Source: Eledone cirrhosa (Eukaryota). From it: a stretch of 64,000 nucleotides of DNA. The notes under the pieces were generated by a model, which worked only from the letters and a program-made list of their open reading frames with translations, had not been told where the DNA came from and made no database searches. Both the position numbers and the translations under genes were made by a program. Location of the stretch: positions 317,750,001 to 317,814,000 of the forward strand of contig OZ024741.1 in the NCBI GenBank assembly GCA_964016885.1, read 5' to 3'. Below, one piece after another: positions 54,519 through 64,000 of this stretch; within the stretch, counting starts at the first letter, position 1; every line of letters begins with the position of its first letter.

Positions 54519-54832
54519 AAATACATTTAATGTATTTGTATTATACTGTAATTTCAACGTTGGTTTGACATTTTACTCACTTTCTTGCCCTATAGTCTAT
54601 ATTTGTAACTGCACACTTTTAGCTTTAGCATGCTTTTCCTTCATATCTCTCATAAGCTTTCATGGATATGAATTCCCTATTCTGAGTTTTGGCTTGTTCT
54701 GGCCGTTAATGCTTCTTATCTGTTTAATTGCCCTGATGAGTCCTTATTAATGGGACGAAACATTGTAGGCTAATAAAGACTTTTGATGTATTGAAGGCTT
54801 CTTTGTCTATTTTTATAATTTATAATTTTATA
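54519..54832 (+). mobile_element. Inverted pLTR of PLE-B2
   Basis: 54525-54579 is the reverse complement of about 51742-51797 and continues into the family-B 3' end; tandem ATTAGATACACC x2 at the junction. Confidence 0.85.
54729..54772 (+). ncRNA. Minimal type-I hammerhead (PLE-B2)
   Basis: GCC-CTGATGA-GTCC ttattaatg GGAC-GAAA-CATT-GTA/GGC-TAATAAA. Confidence 0.85.
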
Positions 54833-54849
54833 ATATATATATATATATG

Positions 54850-54895
<46 letters not shown>

Positions 54896-54896
54896 G

Positions 54897-54945
<49 letters not shown>

Positions 54946-54966
54946 GTATGTATATATATATGTATG

Positions 54967-54999
<33 letters not shown>

Positions 55000-55028
55000 G
55001 TATATATATATATGTATATATATATATG

Positions 55029-55083
<55 letters not shown>

Positions 55084-55084
55084 G

Positions 55085-55191
<107 letters not shown>

Positions 55192-55266
55192 GTATATATA
55201 TATGTATATATATATATGTATATATATATGTATATATATATATGTATATATATATGTATATATTAT

Positions 55267-55610
55267 GGAGGCACATGGCTTAGTGGTTAGAGCATTGGCC
55301 TTGCAATCGAAAGGTTGTGAGTTCAATTCTCAGACCGGGTGATGTGTTGTTTCCTTGAGCAAGACACTTTATTTCACATTGCTCCAGTTTACTCAGCTGT
55401 AGAAATGAGATGATAGGGACTGGGGTCCCTATCATTCCACTGTAAAGTGGTCGTGGAGGTGCCACGGCAAAAAAGCACCCAGCACTCACTGTAAATGAGG
55501 TTGGTGTTAGGAAGGGCATCCAGCTGTAGAAATCAAGCCAGGATCAGTTCCCGTCCCACCCTTGCAAGCAGGGAAAAGCGGACGTAAAATGAAATGATGA
55601 TGATGATGAT
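55267..55610 (+). mobile_element. Complete tRNA-derived SINE with RTE-derived 3' tail
   Basis: A box TGGCTTAGTGG, B box GAGTTCAATTC, central ccttgagcaagacactt...ttgctccag, and tail ggttggtgttaggaagggcatcc...cggacg..(GAT)n shared with the local RTEs. Confidence 0.88.
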
Positions 55611-55725
55611 ATATGTATGTATATATATATATGTATATATATGTATGTATATATATATATGTATATATATATATGTATATATATATATGTATATATATGC
55701 ATGTATATATGTATATATATATATG

Positions 55726-55796
<71 letters not shown>

Positions 55797-55919
55797 GTAT
55801 ATATATATATGTATATATATGTATGTATATATATGTATATATATATGTATGTATATATATATATATGTATGTATATATATATATATGTATGTATATATGT
55901 ATGTATATATATATGTATG

Positions 55920-55952
<33 letters not shown>

Positions 55953-55976
55953 GTATGTATATATATATATATATAT

Positions 55977-58452
55977 AACTTTGAATAACTTTGAAATGTT
56001 TTGGCCAGTATTGGCCCAGGCCATGTCTAACTTAATAGCACCACCTGGCGAAGTCTTTCAATTCAGGATTTGGGCACCATGGCCCATTCGAGAAGAGAAT
56101 TACTGTTTGCGGAGACATATCCGGGTGTGGGTGATTTGTCCGGGATTACTTGGAGGAATTTGTCCAAAGACTTCTTGAATTTTGAGTGGTCAGTTTCTGT
56201 TTTGACGTGTCCTGGTGTGATGTTGAAGAGAGCAGGGCCGATTGAGGTGAAATAATTGTGCCGTATTGTTGTTATGAGTTGCGATTTAGATTTTTGAATG
56301 GGACGGATAGCACGGGGCCCAAGCCTTGGGTGTATCTTGAAGGCGATGCCAACATCATTTGGGCAGTGATGATGGAACATTTTCCACATCATGCAGATAA
56401 TATAACGCTCACGGCGACGTTGGAGTGAGTAAAGTTTCAGGTTTTCCAATCGACCCCAGTAGTCAAGGTCTGACATGCCATCTATCTTTTTCGTGATTGC
56501 CCTTTGAGGAGCTTCAAGTTTCATGATACTTTGTTTCGTGTGGGGAGACCACAGTGGACAACAGTATTCAAGGTGTGGTCGGGCGAAAGTAGAGAAGAGA
56601 AGGATAATGGTGCGGGAATCTCTCGACTGGAAGGTTCTGAGGATCCAGGAACACATTCTGCGGGCCATGTCAACTTTGCTGCTTATATGCGTGGTCCAGC
56701 TTATGTTGCTGTCCACGGTTACTCCCAAGTCTCTGATGTTGTTAGATGCCACGAGAGTTTCCCCGGAGGGAAGGGAGTACGGGAGTTTCAGAGCATCCTC
56801 TTTTCCAAAGTGGATCAGTTCGAATTTTGTCCTCGTTCTGTAACATGTTGTTCTTTTCTGCCCATTGGGTAACAGCCAGTAGGTCTGACTGAAGGCTTAT
56901 CCGGTCATCCACGCCATTGATGACCTTTTGGAGCTTGGAATCATCAGCGAAAATTTTAATGTTGCTGTGTTTGATGATGTCAGTGATGTCATTAATATAG
57001 ATGATGAAGAGAAGTGGGCCCAACACAGTGCCTTGTGGGACTCCACTACTGACTTTGGCTGGGCTTGATTTGACTCCCTCAACTACAACATGTTGGGTTC
57101 TGTTTGACAGGAAGCTCTTGATCCACTGCAGCAGCTTTCCAGTGACACCAATATTGGACAGCTTTCTCAGTAGAATGTTATGATCAACCCTGTCAAAGGC
57201 CTTGCTGAAATCAAGGTAGATAACATCAGTGTTGGAACCCTCTCCCAAGGCTCTCAAAATGTCATCAAAGTGATGCAGTAGTTGCGTCAGGCAATCCCTT
57301 CCATTACGGAATCCATGCTGGTTGGAGTTCAGCATATTGTTACTCTCAAGGAAGTGGGTCATTCGCGATCTCACCACTCGCTCAAATACCTTAATGATAT
57401 GAGAGGTGAGTGAGATTGGACGGTAATTCACGGCAAGGGATTTGTTTCCCTTTTTGAAAACTGGGACAACAGACTGGGATAGAAGGTTTTCTGGCACATA
57501 TCCAGCATCCAGTGAGTTCCGCCACAGATTGGCAAGAGGAGAAGCAAGTTGGTGTTGACACGCCTTCAGGACACAAGCAGGGAACCTATTGGGACCTACT
57601 GCTGAATTATGCTTGATTTCCTTTATTGCCGCCAAGACATCAGGGGCGCCAAACGTTATGTCCGATAAGGTGTAATGGGGAGTAACATCGCCGATACAGC
57701 CCAGATCGGCCATATCAGGATTGCTGAAAACAGAGCAGTATTGTTTCTGCAGTATCTCACCCATGGTTTTAGCATTGTCTTGAAGAGTGCCATTTTCATC
57801 AATTAGAGGGCCAACAGTAGAGCCAGTGATTTTGTGTTTTTTTGCAAATGAAAAGAACACTTTGGGATTGAGTTTGATCTTCTCAATGGCCCAGGCCTCT
57901 TCAGCTCTTCTCTGATTGTTGATGAGGGACATTATGTTGTTTTGGAGGTTATGTTTTTTAATCTCTAGTGATGAAATGGCAGTCAAGTTGATGTGTTGCT
58001 GCTGACAGTATTTCAGCTTGTTGATTTTTTTTGTTCGTTCTCTTAATTTTTCTGATGAGCGTTTTTCTATTTCTAGGGATTCTGCTCTTAGATTTGTTTA
58101 TAGTTCTTAATGGGGTGTGTTTAGCACATATGTTTGTAACAGTGCCCACAAATGTCTGCCAGGACTTTTTGATGTTAGTGGGTGTATGAGTGTGCGTGAA
58201 GGACCAGTCGACATGTGCAAGATCATGACTGATCGCTTCCCAGTTTGCATTGTGGAAATCCATAGCGTCAAACGGATGGACAGGAGAGATGACATTGGGT
58301 TTGTATATTGGACGGTGGAATCTCAGATCACAGAGAACCATGTCATGATCAGAGAGTAGAGTTTTCTCCACTGCAATATTGTGGATATTGTCAGTGTGAT
58401 TGCTGAAAATTAAGTCTAGGACGTTTTTGTGGCACCTCGTTGGTTCGAGCAC
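55977..58452 (-). mobile_element. CR1-group LINE, 5'-truncated in APE, frameshifted
   Basis: PTR..NVLDL...SDH; NYRPISLTS, QHGFR, YLDFSKAFD, SGVPQGTVLGP, FADDSK, PHLEYC..WSP, LQRRRERY; tail (TTCAAAGTTA)x2. Confidence 0.9.
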
Positions 58453-58514
58453 TATATATGTATATATATATATATGTATGTATATATATATATGTATATA
58501 TATATATATGTATG

Positions 58515-58549
<35 letters not shown>

Positions 58550-58550
58550 G

Positions 58551-58599
<49 letters not shown>

Positions 58600-58600
58600 G

Positions 58601-58647
<47 letters not shown>

Positions 58648-58736
58648 GTATATATATATATGTATATATATATGTATATATATATATGTATATATATATG
58701 TATATATATGTATATATGTATATATATGTATATATG

Positions 58737-58771
<35 letters not shown>

Positions 58772-58836
58772 GTATATATGTATATATATATGTGTATATG
58801 TATATATATATGTATATGTATATGTATGTATATATG

Positions 58837-58867
<31 letters not shown>

Positions 58868-59090
58868 GTACATATGTATATATATATATATATGTACATA
58901 TGTATATATATATATGTATGTATATATATATGTATATATGTATGTATATATGTATATATGTATGTATATGTATATATGTATGTATATATATATATGTATG
59001 TATATATATATATGTATGTATATATATATATGTATGTATATATATATATGTATGTATATATATATATGTATGTATGTATGTATGTATATG

Positions 59091-59137
<47 letters not shown>

Positions 59138-59165
59138 GTATGTATGTATATATATGTATGAATGT

Positions 59166-59199
<34 letters not shown>

Positions 59200-59207
59200 G
59201 TATATAT

Positions 59208-59241
<34 letters not shown>

Positions 59242-59296
59242 GTATATATATGTATGTATGTATATATATGTATGTATGTATATATATATATATATG

Positions 59297-59328
<32 letters not shown>

Positions 59329-59464
59329 TATGTATGTATGTATATATATGTATGTATGTATGTATATATATGTATGTATGTATGTATATATATATATGTA
59401 TGTATATATATATATGTATGTATGTATATATATGTATGTATGTATATATATATATGTATATATG

Positions 59465-59495
<31 letters not shown>

Positions 59496-59550
59496 GTATA
59501 TATATATATATGTATGTATGTATATATATGTATGTATATATGTATGTATG

Positions 59551-59583
<33 letters not shown>

Positions 59584-59629
59584 ATATATGTATGTATGTA
59601 TATAAATATATATGTATGTATGTATGTAT

Positions 59630-59663
<34 letters not shown>

Positions 59664-59842
59664 GTAATGGCCATACTTGAAAACGAGTTGGCAGCCACCA
59701 TATATGTGTGTATGTATGTATTTATATATATATATATATGTGTATATGTATGTATATGTATATATATGTATGTATATATATATATATGTATGTATATGTA
59801 TATATGTATATGTGTATATGTATATGTATATTTATATGTATG
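58453..59842. repeat. (TA)n/(TATG)n microsatellite containing a 34-bp LINE tail (59667-59700)
   Basis: Seen directly. Confidence 0.95.
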
Positions 59843-60866
59843 TAGCTGAATCTATGGTAGAACTAGAGAATAAATTCTAAACCTGGAAGCAGGGACTAGA
59901 GAGAAAGGGTCTCAAAGTCAACATGACAAAGACTAAGGTCCTTGTAAGTAGACGAGAAAACAGAACCCAGATCCACTCAGGGAAATGGCCTTGCTCAGTA
60001 TGTAGGAAAGGTGTAGGTAGGAACTCCATTCTCTGCCCCAAATGCAAAGAATGGGTACACAAGAAATGTAGCGGGATCTCAGGAAGCTTAATTAAGAATG
60101 TAGGATTCACATGCAGCAGCTGTGCTGAAACAGCAAGCAGCAAACAGCCACAGGAAACAAGTACCACCAATCTCTGCGAGGGCCCTGTAGAAACAGTAGA
60201 CAGCTTCTGCTACCTAGGTGACCGAATTAGCAGCGGAGGTGGGTGTTCAGAAAGTACAATAACTAGGGTAAGAACGGGATGGAAGAAGTTTAGGGAACTA
60301 CTACCACTGCTAGCTGCAAAAGGCTTCTCCCTCAGAATGAAAGGCAGACTGTATGATGCGTGTATCCGAACAGCAATGTTGCATGGTAGTGAGACCTGGG
60401 CGCTGAAGGTGGAAGACTTACGTAGATTAGAGAGAAACGAAGCCTGCATGCTCCGATGGATGTGTAACAGTAATATACGTGAACGACAAAGCATAAATGA
60501 ATTGAGAGAGAGACTGAGCATAAGAGGAATCAAATGCTGTGTGCAGGAGAGGCGGTTGCGCTGGTATGGACATGTGATGCATATGAAGGATGACAGCTGC
60601 ATAAAAAGGTGCAGAGCACTAGAAGTTGATGGAAACCGCGGAGTGGGGAGACCCAAGATGACCTGGGATGAGGTGATAAAAGCCGACCTTACCCAATTAC
60701 ACCTCTCAAAGACAATGACACACGACCGTGACTTCTGGCGTCACGCAGTAATACAGAGTACCCGACATCCCACGGGTACATGCTGAAGCATATAAACAAT
60801 ATGCCCCCACAACCCCCACCGCAAGGTGGTCGTGGAGGTGCCACGGCAAAAAAGCACCCAGCCCAC
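59843..60866 (+). mobile_element. RTE (diverged subfamily) 3' fragment D
   Basis: GLKVNMTKTK, PHD-type finger, FCYLG, RRLRWYGHV, GRPKMTW; partial 3'UTR. Confidence 0.9.
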
Positions 60867-61011
60867 ATATATATGTATGTATATGTATATATATATATAT
60901 ATATCTATGTATGTATATGTATATATCTATGTATGTATATGTATATATCTATGTATGTATATGTATATATCTATGTATGTATATGTATATATATATATAT
61001 ATCTATGTATG

Positions 61012-61050
<39 letters not shown>

Positions 61051-61099
61051 GTATATATGTATATATGTATGTATATATGTATATATGTATATATGTATG

Positions 61100-61196
<97 letters not shown>

Positions 61197-61494
61197 GTAT
61201 ATGTATATATGTATATATGTATATGTATATATGTATCTATGTATGTGTATGTATATGTATATATGTATGTATATGTATATATGTATATATCTATATATCT
61301 ATGTATGTATATGTATATATGTAAATATATGTATATATGTATGTATATGTATATATATATATATAATGTATATATATATATATAATGTATATATAGATAT
61401 GGATATATAGATATGGATATATATATATGTATATATATATATATGGATATATATATATATGGATATACATATATGGATATATATATATATGTAT

Positions 61495-61526
<32 letters not shown>

Positions 61527-61755
61527 GTTTATATATATGTATATGTATATATGTTTGTATATATATATATGTTTATATATATATATGTATATGTATATAT
61601 ATGTATATATGTATATATATGTATATATATGTATATGTATATATATGTATATATATATATGTATATGTATATGTATATATGTATATATGTATATATATGT
61701 ATATATGTATATGTATATATGTATATATATATATGTATATGTATATATGTATATG

Positions 61756-61788
<33 letters not shown>

Positions 61789-61939
61789 GTATATGTATAT
61801 ATATATATGTATATATGTATATATGTATATGTATATATGTATATGTATATATATATATGTATATATATGTATATGTATATATATATATATGTATATATAT
61901 GTATATGTATATATATGTATATGTATATATATGTATATG

Positions 61940-61970
<31 letters not shown>

Positions 61971-62511
61971 GTATATATATGTATGAATATGTATATGTAT
62001 ATATGTATATATATGTATATATATATATGTATATATATATATATGTGTATATGTATATATATGTATATATATATATGTGTATATGTATATATATATGTGT
62101 ATATGTATATATATATATGTGTATATGTATATATATGTATATATATATATGTGTATATATATGTATATATGTGTATATGTGTATATGTATATATATGTAT
62201 ATGAATATATATGTATATATATATATATATATATGTGTATATGTATATATACGTATATATATATATATGTGTATATGTATATATATATGTGTATATGTAT
62301 ATATACGTATATGTGTATATATGTATATATATGTGTATATATATATATGTGTATATGTATATATATGTATATATATATGTATATGTATATATATATGTGT
62401 ATATGTATATATATATATGTGTATATGTATATATATATATGTGTATATGTATATATATATATGTATGTGTATATGTATATATATGTATATTTATATATAT
62501 ATGTATATGTA

Positions 62512-62549
<38 letters not shown>

Positions 62550-62793
62550 TATGTATATATATATGTATATATATGTATCTATATATATATCTAGATATAT
62601 ATATATATATGTATATGTATATATATATGTATGTATATGTATATGTATGTATATATATATATCTGTTTATATATGTATATGTATATATGTATATGTATGT
62701 ATATATATATATATGTATATGTATGTATATATACATATATGTATATGTATGTATATATACATATCTATATATGTATATGTATATGTATATATC

Positions 62794-62825
<32 letters not shown>
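60867..62825. repeat. (TA)n/(TATG)n/(TATATG)n microsatellite with GGATAT variants
   Basis: Seen directly. Confidence 0.96.
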
Positions 62826-62827
<2 letters not shown>

Positions 62828-64000
62828 AGATTACTAAATGAGGAGAATGCATGGCAAGAAGAGACCCTACCCCAAGTAGACCCTATAGAGGGACCAACAA
62901 TACAAGTCAGCAGCAGCGTAGTAAGTAAGGCAATCAAAGATATGAAGATGGGGAAAGCAACCCGGACCATCGGGTATAGCTGCCGAGATGCTGAAGGCAT
63001 CTGGGTCTGTAGGTCACACTATAACCACACGTATCGTTAACCAGGTAATTACTAGAAGGTGCCATACCAAAAGATTGGTGCAGTAGCATCATTGTCAACT
63101 GCTACAAAGGTAAAGGTGATGCACTAGATAGAGGAAACTATAGAGGTATTAAGTTGATGGACCAGGTCATGAAAGTAACAGAAAGAGTTATAGCACAGCT
63201 GATTAGGGACCGGGTGAAAATAGACGAGATGCAATTTGGGTTTGTACCAGGAAGACGCACCACTGATGCCCTCTTCCTTGTGAGGCAATTACAGGAAATG
63301 TACCTAGCTAAAAGTAAGCCACTCTACTTTGCATTTGTCGACCTTGAGAAAGCCTTTGACAGAGTTCCACGTGCTGTAATCTGGTGGGCTCTTAGAAAAC
63401 TAGGAGTAGATGAATGGCTTGTGAAAGCGGTACAAGCCATGTATAGGGGAGCAGTCAGCAAAGTTAGGATTAGCAATGAGTATAGCGAGGAATTTAGCGT
63501 ACAGGTTGGGGTCCACCAGGGCTCTGTTCTTAACCCCCTCCTGTTCATCATAGTCTTGCAGGCAATAATGGAGGAGTTTAAGACCGGATGCCCATGGGAA
63601 CTCCTGTATGCTGATGACCTCGTACTCATAGCTGAATCTATGGTAGAACTAGAGAATAAATTCCAACTTTGAAGCAGGGACTAGAAAGAAAGGGTCTCAA
63701 AGTCAACATGACAAAGACTAAGGTCCTTGTAAGTAGACGAGAAAACAGACCCAGATCCCCTCAGGGAAATGGCCTTGCTCAGTATGTAGAAAGGTGAGGG
63801 TAGGAACTCCATTCTCTGCTCCAAATGCAAACAATGGGTACACAAGAGATGTAGCGGGATCTCAGGAAGCTTAATAAGAATGTAGGCTTCACATGCAGCA
63901 GCTGTGCTGAGACAGCAGGGCAGCAAACAGCCACAGGAAACAAGTACCACCAATCTCTGGGAGGGCCCTGTAGAAACAGTAGACAGCTTCTGCTACCTAG
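62826..64000 (+). mobile_element. RTE fragment E (RT region, many indels; runs off the window)
   Basis: RLLNEEN, QFGF, FVDLEKAFD, GVHQGSVL, LLYADDL; 63630-64000 overlaps fragment D in sequence. Confidence 0.9.

Noticed and set aside
55267-55345. Functional tRNA gene
   Set aside because: A/B boxes are present but the sequence continues into a SINE body and LINE tail, and there is no convincing acceptor stem.
62826-64000. Programmed frameshifting in RTE fragment E
   Set aside because: Multiple scattered single-base indels fit decay or consensus errors; no slippery-site pattern was seen.

Overview
Eukaryotic, AT-rich, gene-free window, probably from a mollusc. The SINE and LINE tails resemble octopus repeats as I remember them; this is inference, not a database match. 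It is one large, degenerate (TA)n/(TATG)n microsatellite field beside a 200-N scaffold gap, packed with retroelements. Penelope-like elements (PLEs): at least four coding families, with direct and inverted pseudo-LTRs (pLTRs). RTE-clade LINEs: five large copies, whose family RT carries a PHD-type zinc finger. Also present: a CR1-group LINE, tRNA-derived SINEs, Helitron remnants (one with 23-aa STPR-like repeats), a pogo-type MITE and a foldback element. No host gene is supported, and the many Y/I/M/V/C-rich ORFs are microsatellite artefacts. Main non-obvious signals: (1) about ten minimal type-I hammerhead ribozyme motifs in five sequence families, including a U3:A8 core variant and copies with compensatory stem changes; (2) a 9.1-kb RTE+PLE block bounded by a 41-bp direct repeat, with 160 bp of the PLE 3'UTR copied into the RTE 5'UTR, suggesting template switching or co-mobilisation; (3) a C-terminal GIY-YIG PLE with an unusually long insertion between RT motifs A and B'; (4) consistent strand polarity of the microsatellite across the window. 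All alignments and folds were done by eye, so coordinates may be off by a few bases.
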